A DNA stretch of 64,000 bases from an uncultured virus (IMG/VR IMGVR_UViG_3300043446_002035) (lineage: Duplodnaviria; Heunggongvirae; Uroviricota; Caudoviricetes), in IMG/VR virus record IMGVR_UViG_3300043446_002035, one strand, 5' to 3'. How positions within the stretch are numbered: position 1 is the first letter of the stretch; each line of letters begins with the position of its first letter. The position numbers and the translations under genes were made by a program. Shown here in pieces: positions 10,153 through 20,809 of this stretch. Under the pieces are notes generated by a model. It worked only from the letters and a program-made list of their open reading frames with translations, ran no database searches and was not told where the DNA came from.

Positions 10153-10521
10153 ATGGCGCATTTTGCCGAACTGGATCATAACAATGTAGTTCTTCGTGTT
10201 ATCGTTGTTGACAACAGAGATACATCTACACCTAATGGTACTGAAAAAGAATCTATTGGTGCCGCACATTGTGAAAAAATATTTGGTGGTCGTTGGGTAC
10301 AAACAAGTTACAATGGTAATTTTCGCAAAAGATATGCGGGACCAGGAATGATTTATCATGAAGGCACTGATGCATTTATCAACCCTTCACCATTCCCATC
10401 TTGGACACTTGATTTAGAAACAGCAAATTGGGTAGCGCCTGTGCCTAAACCCGAAGGTGATTATGAATGGAATGAAACAACTGGTGCTTGGGATCCTGTT
10501 TCACCACCAACGCAAGAATAA
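10153..10521 (+). CDS. Conserved phage protein accompanying Gly-rich tips (chaperone-like)
   Basis: MAHFAEL...WVQTSYNGNFRKRYAG...PFPSW...W.APVPKP; strong RBS AGGAG. Confidence 0.6.
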   Translation: MAHFAELDHNNVVLRVIVVDNRDTSTPNGTEKESIGAAHCEKIFGGRWVQTSYNGNFRKRYAGPGMIYHEGTDAFINPSPFPSWTLDLETANWVAPVPKPEGDYEWNETTGAWDPVSPPTQE

Positions 10522-10538
10522 ATTATAATTTCTTTGTC

Positions 10539-10567
10539 AAAACCCTCACACTTGTGAGGGTTTTTTT
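10539..10567 (+). terminator. Intrinsic terminator
   Basis: aaaaccctcac-actt-gtgagggtttt followed by further T. Confidence 0.85.
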
Positions 10568-10582
10568 ACGCTTCTGAGATTG

Positions 10583-10590
10583 ACTAAATA
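10583..10590 (+). promoter_or_regulatory. Putative late promoter (ACTAAATA)
   Basis: TAAATA core directly after the terminator, upstream of RBS AGGAG. Confidence 0.55.
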
Positions 10591-10611
10591 GACGATTAGA
10601 AGGAGACAATC

Positions 10612-10947
10612 TTGGCTGCTTATGTAGAAATAACAATCGAACAGGGTGCTAATTTATCATCAATTGTGACTGTGAGTGACACACAAGGTGATGCAATTAA
10701 TCTTACAACATACTCCGCCTCTGCACAATTACGTAAGTCTTACTACTCTTCATCAGCAAACACACTTACATCAACTATTACAGGAAATGCCAACGGTCAA
10801 ATTACTCTTTCAATGACCGCTGCAAATACGTCAAACCTTACACCCGGTCGTTATGTTTATGATGTAAAAATTACAAACTCAACTGATAATTCTGTGACAC
10901 GTGTAGTTGAAGGTACGGCCATAGTTCTTCCTGGTGTTACGAGGTAA
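10612..10947 (+). CDS. Virion structural protein (TTG start)
   Basis: IEQGA...AQLRKSY...GQITLSMT...GRYVYDV...RVVEG pattern typical of T4-like structural proteins; AGGAG RBS. Confidence 0.65.
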   Translation: MAAYVEITIEQGANLSSIVTVSDTQGDAINLTTYSASAQLRKSYYSSSANTLTSTITGNANGQITLSMTAANTSNLTPGRYVYDVKITNSTDNSVTRVVEGTAIVLPGVTR

Positions 10948-10950
10948 CAA

Positions 10951-11202
10951 ATGGCTAACCTAGGAAAAGTCAGCATCAATCAAGCAGATGTTGGTAGAGT
11001 CACCGTATTTCAGCCAAATCAAACAACTGTTGTATCACCAAAATATAGTCCTAAGCCAAATGTATCATTGGCGGAAATTAATGATGTATCCACAGAAGGT
11101 GTTCAAGATGGATACTCTTTAGTGTTTGACTCAGCAAACAATCGTTTTGAAATGAAAGTTGCTACTACCGTTTTAGGAACTCTTGACGGCGGAATATTTT
11201 AA
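10951..11202 (+). CDS. Small virion structural protein
   Basis: 83 aa; LAEINDV...DGYSLVFD...F, ends LDGGIF. Confidence 0.55.
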   Translation: MANLGKVSINQADVGRVTVFQPNQTTVVSPKYSPKPNVSLAEINDVSTEGVQDGYSLVFDSANNRFEMKVATTVLGTLDGGIF

Positions 11203-11211
11203 GAATTACAA

Positions 11212-14200
11212 ATGTCAAATACATCAATTCAAATAAAACGTTCACTGACTACAAACACGCCGCCGGCGTTGAACATTGGTGAACCAGCATATTCATACAG
11301 TAGTAACACATTATTCATTGGCACACCTAATGAGACAGGCGCATTAGCAATTGGTGGACATGATTCTTATGTTCGTGGCATATCAGCGTATCATTTTGCC
11401 AATGCTGCATATCTTCGTGCAAATAATTCTCTAAGTGCAAATGTCGGTGGTACAATTACTGGTGACGTTACCATTCAGGGTAATTTGAGTATTGTTGGTG
11501 GTCAGATTGGAGCCAACGTACCTATTGTATTGATTGGTGATAATATCATCACATTGAATGCAGCAATCAGTCAGTCGGGTACGCCGACAATGAATGCTGG
11601 TATTGAAATTGATCGTGGTGTATTACCGAATGTTTATTTGTTGTGGAATGAAACTGCTGATAAATGGCAGTTCACAAATGATGGCACAAACTATGATGAC
11701 TTAGGTGGTTCAGCGACAGCATCATACGCCAACTCTGCATTTATAAAAGCAAATGCTTCATTTGACCATGCCAATTCAGGCTTCATACAAGCAAATGCTG
11801 CATATCAAAGTCAGAATGCCACAGGTCAATACGCTAATTCGGCATTTATACAAGCCAATGCAGCATATAATCATGCTAACTCAGCATTTATTTTTGGTAA
11901 CTCAACTTTTTATCATGCCAATTCTGGATTTGACCATGCTAATGCTGCATTCTTCAAAGCCAATGCTTCGTTTATCAGTCAGAATTCTACAGGTGAATAC
12001 GCAAATGCTGCATTCACTTTGGCGAACGGTGCATTTATTCATGCAAACTCAGGTTTCATACAAGCCAATGCGGCATATCAATCACAGAATGCAACTGGTA
12101 ATGTAGCCAATGCTGCTTTCGCAAATGCCAATGGTGCATTTGCTGCCGCTAACGCCGCTTTTGCAAATGCCAATGGTGCCTTTGCTTCTGCGAATGCATC
12201 ATTTATTGTTGCAAATTCGGGATTCATTCAAGCAAATGCTTCATTCAATCATGCCAATGCGGCATTTGCTGCCGCCAACAATGTATTCCCACAAGTACAG
12301 CCTGCATTCAACACTGCTAATGCGGCATTCTTGCAGGCCAATGCTGCATTCATACATGTAAACTCAAGTTTTCATCATGCAAATGCTGCTTTTGCCAATG
12401 CTAACGGTGCTTTTGCAAGAGCCAATGCTGCCTTTGCTAACGCCAATGGTGCCTTTGCTTCGGCTAATGCGGCATTCAATACCGCTAATGCCGCATTCAT
12501 CCGTGCAAACAACTCATTAGATGCAAATAATGGTGGTACTGTAACAGGCACAGTTACAATTGTTGGTAATCTTACATCCAACACACTGACAACAACAGGT
12601 TCAAATGGCAGCATTACTGGTGCCAATGCCATTTTTGCGAACTATGTTTTTGCTGCGAATAGCAATGTAGACTTATACATTTATTCTTCTAACGCATATG
12701 CCAATGCCAATGCTGGTCTTGCGATGGCGAATGCTGCTTTCGCAAATGCTAACGGTGCTTTTGCTAAATCAAATGCAGCATATAATCATGCTAACTCAGC
12801 ACTGATTCATGCTAACTCAGGATTCAATCATGCCAATGCTGCCTTTGCAAATGCTAATGGTGCATTTGCTGCTGCTAATGCTTCTTATATTCAAGCAAAT
12901 TCGGCATTTATACAAACCAATGCAGCATTTGATCTTGCCAATGCAGCATATGTAAGTCAAAATGCAACTGGCCAATATGCAAACTCAGCATTTATTCATG
13001 CTAATGCATCATTTAATCACGCCAATGCATCATTTGCTAATGCTAACGGTGCTTTTGCTTCAGCCAATGCTGCTTTCGCAAACGCCAATGGTGCTTTTGC
13101 TTCAGCCAATGCTGCGTACACTCAAGCAAATTCGGCATTTATACATGCTAACTCAGCATATCAGTCGCAGAATGCTACAGGCCAATACGCCAATGCGGCG
13201 TTTGTACATGCGAACAGTTCATTCATTCATGCCAATAGTGGTTTCATTGAAGCAAATGCTGCTTTTGCTCATGCTAATGCTGGTTACAATCAAGCCAATA
13301 CTGGAACAACATTAGCACAAGCAGCATTTGATAATTCAAATACTAAGTTTAGTTCGGCTGGTGGCACGATTTCAGGTAATGTAACAATTCAAAATGACCT
13401 GAGTGTTTTAGGTAACGTTAATTTTGTGGGCAATGTTACTTCTATAACTGTCACTGGTAATAGCGGTCAATTTTTTGGTTATGCATCAAATGGCCATAAC
13501 GCATTGTACGCTGGTATTCCAACTGGCTATGACTATCAACCATTCACAGTATTCCAAGCCTCTGCAAACTATGATGGTTATTCGCAGATAAACATTCAAA
13601 ATATTAGTAATGGTCCGAATGCGTCAGGTGATTATGTCGCAACTGCTGACAATGGTACTGAAGATGACACTTACATTGATGTTGGTATTGGCGGTAGTCA
13701 ACATGCTGATCCTGAATTCACACTAATCGGACCAAATGATGGTTATTTGTATGTACATGGCAACACATCAACTGGTGGTGGTGATCTTGTAGTTGGTACA
13801 TTCTTACCACAAAATGATGTAGTATTTGCTGCTGGTGGTATGAATCAAGAAAATGAACAGATGCGTATCATCGGTTCAAGTAACACAATCAATATTCGTG
13901 CCAATGTAGATGCAAGTCTTTCAAAGAGTGTTCTTCTAGGATCAATCGCTAATGTTCATATTACTGGTGGGTCTAACGACGATTATATCAGAACTGATGG
14001 TGCTGGTAATCTGACATTCGCAAATCTGACTTCTGCAAATGTAATCAAGGTACTATACAATACAACTAATTCGGCATTTGTACACGCTAACGCATCGTAC
14101 TTATCACAGAATGCAACTGGTCAGTATGCAAACTCGGCATTTGTACATGCGAATGCTGCTTATCAGTCACAGAATGCTACGGGGCAATATGCGAATGCTG

Positions 14201-16524
14201 CGTTTGTACACGCCAACTCAGCATATCAGTCTCAGAATGCAACTGGCCAGTACGCCAATGCATCATTTGTTGTCGCCAATTCTGGATTCATACAGGCAAA
14301 CGCATCATTTGATCATGCTAATGCAGCTTTTGCTGCCGCCAACAATGTAACACCACAGGTTCAACCTGCGTTTAACACTGCTAATGCAGCATTTATTCAA
14401 GCCAATTCGGCATATCAATCACAAAATGCCACTGGCAATGTAGCAAACTCTTCGTTCATACAAGCCAACTCTGCATTTATTCATGCGAATGCGGCATTTA
14501 ATTATGCGAATAATCTTGTAACTGGCACAATTGCTAATGCGGCATTTATACAAGCCAATTCTGCATTTATTCATGCCAATGCAGCATTTGATAAGGCTAA
14601 TAATGCCGATGCCAATGCGCTGTCGGCAGGTGCATATGCAAATGCGGCATTTATTGCTGCTAATAACGTAGCACCACAAGTTCAACCTTCATTTAATACG
14701 GCTAATGCGGCCTTTATACAAGCCAATGCAGCATTTGATAAAGCAAACAACGCAGATGCTAATGCACTGTCTGCTGGTGCTTATGCTAATGCAGCCTTTG
14801 CGGCAGCAAATAATGTAGCACCACAAGTACAGCCTGCATTTCACACCGCCAATGCGGCGTTTATACAAGCCAATGCTGCCATAGTTCATGCACAATCAGC
14901 ATTCAATGCACAAAACACAACTGGTAGTTATGCAAACTCAGCATTTGTTCAAGCAAACTCCGCTTTCATAAGTGCAAATGGAACAGCAATTGCTGCTAAC
15001 ACACCGTCACATGTAGCCAACTCCGCTGCAATTTATGCTAACGGTGCATTTATTCAAGCAAATGTAGCAAACACAAATGCAAATGCTGCCAGTAATTATG
15101 CCAATGCAGCATTCATTATTGCTAACTCTGGTTTTATACAAGCAAACTCCGCATTCTTTCATGGTAACTCCGCATTTAATCATGCTAACGGTGCATTTAT
15201 TGCAGCAAACTCTGGCGGCATTTATGCTAACGGTGCTTTTGCAACCGCTAACTCAGGCAGTCAGTATGCAAACTCAGCATTTATTGTTGCAAATTCTTCG
15301 TTCATTCAAACGAATGCTGCATTTAATACGGCAAATGCATCGTTTATTCAGGCAAATGCTGCTTTCAATGCAGCAAATAATGCATCTGATCCTTGGGTTC
15401 GTAATCAAGCAAATGCGGCATTTATTCAGGCTAATGCCGCATTTGCAAAAGCAAATACGGGTGCAAATGCTGAAGTACGAACATTTACCACAACATCAAA
15501 CGGTGCAGTTTCTACTTACGCTTTAGGATTTTCACCGCCATCTAATACCGCCGTAATTGTTTCTATTGGTGGTGTTGTTCAAGTTGAATATGCAGACTAT
15601 GAAGTAAATCCTTCAAATAATTCTATTTCATTCAATGAGCCACCACCCGCTGGTGAAACTGTACGTGTAGCAGCATTCAATAATGTAAATCTTTATACAC
15701 TTGATGTTGCGAACTCCGCTGGTGCTGTTGTTGTTTCTTATAACGGTATTGGTGATGGTGTAACACAGGGATTCAATATTGGATTTAGACCTGAATCTGG
15801 TAATACAATCTTTGTTTCAATTGGTGGTATTTTACAACCTGAAAATGCATTTACAGTAAATCCATCAACAAACACAGTTACATTTACAACTGCTCCTGGT
15901 GTTGGTGAAAATATTCGTGTTGTTGGATATGAAAAAGTTAATCCATATTTTATTCAATATGTGAGTTCAAACGTTTCGGTTTCTACATTTGAAACTGTTG
16001 CAAACGGTAATTTCTCAACATTTAATCTTGGCTTCTTACCACAAGCCCGTGAAGTATTAATTGTTTCAGTTGATGGTGTTATACAACCAATTACATCGTA
16101 TACTGTAAATAATATTCAACAGACAATTACTTTTGATGGCGCACCTGCAAACGGTGAGTTAGTTCGTGTCATTACAATGTACACGACAGCAAATGCCTTC
16201 ATTACACCAGATGGTTCAATTACATTAGCAAAATTAAGTACAGATGTTGTAAATCTAATTTATAACTCAAGCAATGTATCAAACAACATTTCTAATACAG
16301 CAAATGTTGCAATTGCGAGTGTTCAATCTGCTGCAAATGCTTCAATAATAACGGTTCAAAATAGCGCCAACAATACATTAAACACTGTTTCAAATACAGT
16401 TAATGTGGCGGTTTTGAATTCAATTAATGCGGCATTTAATACCGCAAACGCTGCATTTATTCAGGCAAATACTGCTGCGTCTACAGGAAAGGCAATTGCT
16501 ATGGCTCTTGTATTTGGAGGATAA
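11212..16524 (+). CDS. Very long tail fibre/whisker protein with Ala-Asn heptad coiled coil
   Basis: N-terminal IQIKRS...P..L..GEPAY....LFIG fibre-anchor motif; three long ANAAFxx/ANSAFxx heptad blocks; three C-terminal VSIGGxxQ...Y...ITF..AP..GE domains; ends GKAIAMALVFGG. Confidence 0.8.
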   Translation: MSNTSIQIKRSLTTNTPPALNIGEPAYSYSSNTLFIGTPNETGALAIGGHDSYVRGISAYHFANAAYLRANNSLSANVGGTITGDVTIQGNLSIVGGQIGANVPIVLIGDNIITLNAAISQSGTPTMNAGIEIDRGVLPNVYLLWNETADKWQFTNDGTNYDDLGGSATASYANSAFIKANASFDHANSGFIQANAAYQSQNATGQYANSAFIQANAAYNHANSAFIFGNSTFYHANSGFDHANAAFFKANASFISQNSTGEYANAAFTLANGAFIHANSGFIQANAAYQSQNATGNVANAAFANANGAFAAANAAFANANGAFASANASFIVANSGFIQANASFNHANAAFAAANNVFPQVQPAFNTANAAFLQANAAFIHVNSSFHHANAAFANANGAFARANAAFANANGAFASANAAFNTANAAFIRANNSLDANNGGTVTGTVTIVGNLTSNTLTTTGSNGSITGANAIFANYVFAANSNVDLYIYSSNAYANANAGLAMANAAFANANGAFAKSNAAYNHANSALIHANSGFNHANAAFANANGAFAAANASYIQANSAFIQTNAAFDLANAAYVSQNATGQYANSAFIHANASFNHANASFANANGAFASANAAFANANGAFASANAAYTQANSAFIHANSAYQSQNATGQYANAAFVHANSSFIHANSGFIEANAAFAHANAGYNQANTGTTLAQAAFDNSNTKFSSAGGTISGNVTIQNDLSVLGNVNFVGNVTSITVTGNSGQFFGYASNGHNALYAGIPTGYDYQPFTVFQASANYDGYSQINIQNISNGPNASGDYVATADNGTEDDTYIDVGIGGSQHADPEFTLIGPNDGYLYVHGNTSTGGGDLVVGTFLPQNDVVFAAGGMNQENEQMRIIGSSNTINIRANVDASLSKSVLLGSIANVHITGGSNDDYIRTDGAGNLTFANLTSANVIKVLYNTTNSAFVHANASYLSQNATGQYANSAFVHANAAYQSQNATGQYANAAFVHANSAYQSQNATGQYANASFVVANSGFIQANASFDHANAAFAAANNVTPQVQPAFNTANAAFIQANSAYQSQNATGNVANSSFIQANSAFIHANAAFNYANNLVTGTIANAAFIQANSAFIHANAAFDKANNADANALSAGAYANAAFIAANNVAPQVQPSFNTANAAFIQANAAFDKANNADANALSAGAYANAAFAAANNVAPQVQPAFHTANAAFIQANAAIVHAQSAFNAQNTTGSYANSAFVQANSAFISANGTAIAANTPSHVANSAAIYANGAFIQANVANTNANAASNYANAAFIIANSGFIQANSAFFHGNSAFNHANGAFIAANSGGIYANGAFATANSGSQYANSAFIVANSSFIQTNAAFNTANASFIQANAAFNAANNASDPWVRNQANAAFIQANAAFAKANTGANAEVRTFTTTSNGAVSTYALGFSPPSNTAVIVSIGGVVQVEYADYEVNPSNNSISFNEPPPAGETVRVAAFNNVNLYTLDVANSAGAVVVSYNGIGDGVTQGFNIGFRPESGNTIFVSIGGILQPENAFTVNPSTNTVTFTTAPGVGENIRVVGYEKVNPYFIQYVSSNVSVSTFETVANGNFSTFNLGFLPQAREVLIVSVDGVIQPITSYTVNNIQQTITFDGAPANGELVRVITMYTTANAFITPDGSITLAKLSTDVVNLIYNSSNVSNNISNTANVAIASVQSAANASIITVQNSANNTLNTVSNTVNVAVLNSINAAFNTANAAFIQANTAASTGKAIAMALVFGG
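11725..15465 (+). repeat. Degenerate 21-bp-period coding repeat (three blocks) with higher-order duplications
   Basis: Recurrent gc(n)aa(t/c)(gc/tc)(n)gc(n)tt(t/c); 49-aa (147-bp) unit duplicated at about 14575-14870; blocks interrupted at about 12520-12690 and 13345-14065. Confidence 0.85.
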
Positions 16525-16527
16525 TAA

Positions 16528-17010
16528 ATGCCCTTACAAACAGTAGGTTCTGCCAGAATAGCAAATAATGCAATCACTACAGATAAACTGGCAAATAATT
16601 CAGTAACAACAGACAAACTTGCTGATTATAGTGTTACATCAGGCAAATTAGCTAATACAATTTTTAGTGTTTATGACCTTGATGACATCTCATATTTGAC
16701 TGATGGTGTTACAAACATATTTCCATTAACTTACAATACAGCAAATGTATCGGTTGCAAGTCCATGGAATCTTATGGTATCAGTTTCCGGACTTATGCAG
16801 GCAGCATATGCGAACAACATTGAAACTTTTTGGATGAGTCATGTTACATCTGCACCAAAAGGGTATACTTTAGATAGCAGTGGGCAAATATTATTTGCCG
16901 ACCCAGTGCCGGCAGGTGCCGATGTGATGATTCGTGTGGTTTCAGGTGCGCCAGCACAAAATACAAAGATTTACCCATTCAGACCCACGGATATATTCAT
17001 GGGATACTGA
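16528..17010 (+). CDS. Virion fibre-associated protein
   Basis: ITTDKLA repeats then DG.TN.FPL...GY....G.I.F..P domain; ends DIFMGY. Confidence 0.6.
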   Translation: MPLQTVGSARIANNAITTDKLANNSVTTDKLADYSVTSGKLANTIFSVYDLDDISYLTDGVTNIFPLTYNTANVSVASPWNLMVSVSGLMQAAYANNIETFWMSHVTSAPKGYTLDSSGQILFADPVPAGADVMIRVVSGAPAQNTKIYPFRPTDIFMGY

Positions 17011-17012
17011 AT

Positions 17013-17020
17013 GCTAAATA
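17013..17020 (+). promoter_or_regulatory. Putative late promoter (GCTAAATA)
   Basis: TAAATA core in intergenic gap before a large structural gene. Confidence 0.5.
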
Positions 17021-17068
17021 GTAAAGAATTTAAAAAAACAAACACTTTCCCAATGTTTTGGAGTCAAA

Positions 17069-20000
17069 ATGGCTAGAAAAGATATTATAGACACATACTA
17101 TTCGTTCACACCTTCTACAAGAACGATTGTGTTGAATCAAATAGTTCCACGTGAACGACTTGTGTTGATTACAAATGCCAATACCAACCAAGTAATTTTC
17201 AACTTTTCAGATCCAAATCTGAAGCTGACTTCTCACGCAATTGCACAGAATACTATCAGTGGTGCTGCAACGACTACGCTTGTTTTGCAATACAATACAA
17301 CAGCAATGTCCTCTACAGATAGACTTCAAGTTATTGTGGATGACTTTGAAGAAACTTTTAAACCATCAGAATTGTATACTGATCCAGTAAATAAGTTTCG
17401 TGTATCTCAGCCTCAATCGTTAATTGATACCGATTTTGAATATGGTCAACAAGCAACTAAATGGGAAAGTGTTGGTTTGGTAAACAATCGTGCATATGCT
17501 TATCAAAACACAAGTGCGAATCTTCAAATTTCGGTTGGTGGGCCAATTGTTCCTACGGCAGTGGTTGTAAACTCAAACTCAAATATTATAACTGTTTATG
17601 CAGCAAACACACCTGCTGTCAATACTCCTATTTTTGTTTCTGATACCACATGGGCACCAGCAGAAGGCACATTCATGGTTGATGCAGCACAGGCTGGACA
17701 ATGGTTTAGATATGCGGCAAAACAACGTTACGTAAACACTGCGATTGGTTCAGCAAACTTAAACATTAATATACCAAATACTACATTTATTGCAAACGGT
17801 TCGATTTTTACACGTGCTAATATTCCATTGTCGAACATTAACTTTATTAGCACGTTCTCAAATGGAACGGTGACAACAACAACTGCTCATGGTCTTTCAC
17901 TTGGCAATCAAATCGTTCTTCAAGGTACAGTAGCAGCAACATCTGGTGCACCTAACGGCACATTCACTGTTACTGGTGTTTATTCAAATACTGTATTCCG
18001 TATTGATGCAAACGTTGCTCCAGTAAGTACAACAGGTATTAACTCTGGTGGTCAAGCAAACCTATTCTCTTCTGCACGTGGTACAGTTGTTCATCGTTCG
18101 TTTGATGGTGGTGTTGAATTCTCCACATCAGCAGAAGGACATAACAATCAATTGATTCGCCAGACACGCCGTTATTTCCGTTATCAGTCTGGTAAAGGCA
18201 TTCAAATGTCAACGGGCACAATGTTGAAGCCTCAATTGTCAGTTGATTCAATTACAAGTTCTGGCACTTTAGTAACTGTACGTACAAAGTATTCACACCA
18301 AATTCGTCCTAATGTAAACATTCAAATTGCGAATGCCGATCAATCAGCATATAATGGAACATTTAACATTCGTGACGTAATTGATCCTTATACATTCACC
18401 TATGTTGCAAACAGCACACCTTCTGCTGCTACAGCAACAGGTTTATATCGTTGCTCAATCAATAACTGGTTTGGTGCTTCAAATCGTGTAGGTATGTTTG
18501 ATGATCAAAATGGTATCTTCTTTGAATATGACGGACAACAATTGTATGCAGTTCGTCGTTCATCAACATATCAATTGTCTGGTTTTGTTTCAGCAAACGT
18601 TGCAAACACGATTGTAAATGGTATTACATACAACGGGGTTACAACCAAGTTCTCTACTGAACTTGCAGTTGGTGATTATGTTGTTATTAAAGGTATGTCA
18701 TATCGTGTAACTGAGATTTTATCTGATCAACAACTTTCAATTTCACCGGCATATCGTGGTGAAGTTCCAGCCGTACAAGCAGTAGCAACAAAAACTATTG
18801 ATTTTAGAATTCCACAATCACAATGGAACATTGATCGTTGTGATGGTACAGGACCTTCAGGTTATATTCTTGATCTGACTAAAATGCAAATGTTGTACCT
18901 TGATTATTCATGGTATGGTGCCGGATTTATTCGTTGGGGTTTCAGAACAACTGACGGTAATGTATATTATTGTCATAAGTTGGTCAACAATAATGTCAAC
19001 TATGAAGCATACATGCGTTCTGGTAACTTACCAGCAAGATATGAAACAAACACCTTTGCACCAAGAACAAGGCTCAATTCTACGTTACAAGCAGCAGACA
19101 CTTCATTAAACGTAGCAAATGCTTCTGGATTCCCAACAGCAGGTGTTTTACTGATTGAAGGATGGAACGCTGGTAATAGTCAAAGAGAATATGTTTCGTA
19201 TAACGGTATTACAAACAATTCACCTACTGGTTGGACATTTAACAACCTGCTTCGTGGTCAACAAGGTAATACAATTAACTGTATTATGACCACAGCAAAC
19301 GCTACACTGAATCTTGCTCCTGGTTCAACCACAGTAGGTATTCAAGAAGGCATGTATGTAGTCAGTGCAAATATTCCTCAAGTGGCAGTCGTTCAGTCAA
19401 TTGTACCTAATGTATCAATTCAATTGAGCATGGCACCGCAAATTGGTGGAACCGGTTTTGTTACATTTGCTCCAATGGCAAATGCCGCACAAACATTTAC
19501 ATTCTCTACAACAACACCAACAAACATTGAACTACACGCACCAGGTTATGCACCACGTATTTCACATTGGGGCACTTCGGTTATGATGGATGGTCGTTAC
19601 GATGACGATAAATCGTTTGTGTTTACACAAGGTATGACTACATCTACAAACGTTTCGTCATCTTTCCCATCAGCACTACAAAGTTTCCGTATTGCACCTT
19701 CAGTAAGTGCTGGTGTTTCTGGTGCGACTTTAGGCACCCGTGAAATTATCAATCGTATGCAAATGGTCTTACGACAGTTGGATTTGTTATCTGGCGGTGC
19801 ATTCTTGATTCAAGTTGTTCTAAACGGACAAATTGCTAATGCAACTCCAACATGGACAAGTGTTGGTGGTTCAAGTCTTGTACAATATATTAATCACACC
19901 GCAAATACTGCTGTAACTGGTGGTGAAGTTATTTTTGCTGCATTTACAAATGCTTCTGGTGGTGCTTCAACATTTACTACAACATCTCTTGATTTACCTT

Positions 20001-20164
20001 TGGTTCGTGATTTAGGTAATAGCATTTTAGGTGGCGGCACTTCTAATCCAACCACAAGTCCTTATCCAGATGGCCCGGATGTTGTAACAATTGTTGCTCG
20101 TAATATTGGCACACCTTTTGCACCAATTTTTAGTCGCCTATCATGGACAGAAGCACAAGCATAA
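17069..20164 (+). CDS. Large virion structural protein (lectin-like core with inserted beta domains)
   Basis: 1031 aa; LIDTDFEYG, RQTRRYFRYQSGKG, RVGMFDDQNGIFFE, DYSWYGAG, YMRSGNLPARYE motifs typical of T4-like virion proteins. Confidence 0.65.
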   Translation: MARKDIIDTYYSFTPSTRTIVLNQIVPRERLVLITNANTNQVIFNFSDPNLKLTSHAIAQNTISGAATTTLVLQYNTTAMSSTDRLQVIVDDFEETFKPSELYTDPVNKFRVSQPQSLIDTDFEYGQQATKWESVGLVNNRAYAYQNTSANLQISVGGPIVPTAVVVNSNSNIITVYAANTPAVNTPIFVSDTTWAPAEGTFMVDAAQAGQWFRYAAKQRYVNTAIGSANLNINIPNTTFIANGSIFTRANIPLSNINFISTFSNGTVTTTTAHGLSLGNQIVLQGTVAATSGAPNGTFTVTGVYSNTVFRIDANVAPVSTTGINSGGQANLFSSARGTVVHRSFDGGVEFSTSAEGHNNQLIRQTRRYFRYQSGKGIQMSTGTMLKPQLSVDSITSSGTLVTVRTKYSHQIRPNVNIQIANADQSAYNGTFNIRDVIDPYTFTYVANSTPSAATATGLYRCSINNWFGASNRVGMFDDQNGIFFEYDGQQLYAVRRSSTYQLSGFVSANVANTIVNGITYNGVTTKFSTELAVGDYVVIKGMSYRVTEILSDQQLSISPAYRGEVPAVQAVATKTIDFRIPQSQWNIDRCDGTGPSGYILDLTKMQMLYLDYSWYGAGFIRWGFRTTDGNVYYCHKLVNNNVNYEAYMRSGNLPARYETNTFAPRTRLNSTLQAADTSLNVANASGFPTAGVLLIEGWNAGNSQREYVSYNGITNNSPTGWTFNNLLRGQQGNTINCIMTTANATLNLAPGSTTVGIQEGMYVVSANIPQVAVVQSIVPNVSIQLSMAPQIGGTGFVTFAPMANAAQTFTFSTTTPTNIELHAPGYAPRISHWGTSVMMDGRYDDDKSFVFTQGMTTSTNVSSSFPSALQSFRIAPSVSAGVSGATLGTREIINRMQMVLRQLDLLSGGAFLIQVVLNGQIANATPTWTSVGGSSLVQYINHTANTAVTGGEVIFAAFTNASGGASTFTTTSLDLPLVRDLGNSILGGGTSNPTTSPYPDGPDVVTIVARNIGTPFAPIFSRLSWTEAQA

Positions 20165-20809
20165 ATGCAAACTGTTACTACATTACCAATACTGCAAACC
20201 GTCAGTGATGCAACAATTCACTATGTCGGTTTGCAGCCTGCAATATCTGGCAGAACAACAGCAGAGTATGTTAATCGTAACATATCGTTTAGTCCTGCCT
20301 CAAATACTTTAAACATTGCAGTCAATGTAAACTTTTTGCCTAATGCAATCAATGGTGCAGCAATAGTTGATAATGGTATTACTTCAACCAAAATTGCTCC
20401 ATTAACTAGGCTTATTGAGCAATCAAAAATAATTCCTGCTCAGTTAAGCGGTAATGTAAATATTGATTTACTTGAATCAACCATATATTATATAACTCAG
20501 TTTCCATCAGGAAACTTGACATTTAATCTTCGTGGTAATTCTACAATACCTCTTGATAGAATTTTAAACCCAGGACAATCAATTACCACAGCATTTTTGA
20601 TATCTCAGAACGTTGCACAATATTCAGCAAATATTGCAATTGACGGAGTATATCAAGCAGCAAATACTAGATACTCTGGTAATGTAAGACCTGGATTTTC
20701 CTCAACGTTGGCTAGACCTATAGTTGATGTGTATTCAATTACTATTATTAAAGTTGATGCAAATTCATATACATTATTAAGTTCTAATACAATTTTTGGT
20801 TTAGGATAA
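20165..20809 (+). CDS. Fibre-associated protein
   Basis: C-terminal NVNIDL...TFNLR...GQSITTA...VDVYS..IIK domain shared with 21102..21839. Confidence 0.6.
   Translation: MQTVTTLPILQTVSDATIHYVGLQPAISGRTTAEYVNRNISFSPASNTLNIAVNVNFLPNAINGAAIVDNGITSTKIAPLTRLIEQSKIIPAQLSGNVNIDLLESTIYYITQFPSGNLTFNLRGNSTIPLDRILNPGQSITTAFLISQNVAQYSANIAIDGVYQAANTRYSGNVRPGFSSTLARPIVDVYSITIIKVDANSYTLLSSNTIFGLG

Noticed and set aside
10522..10540. Minus-strand TTGACA and TATAAT
   Set aside because: Only 7 nt apart, incompatible with a sigma70 promoter
11753..15526. Alternate-frame Met/Leu/His/Gln-rich ORFs inside the long fibre
   Set aside because: By-product of the gc(n)aatgc(n)gc(n)tt repeat; third-position variation preserves only the main frame
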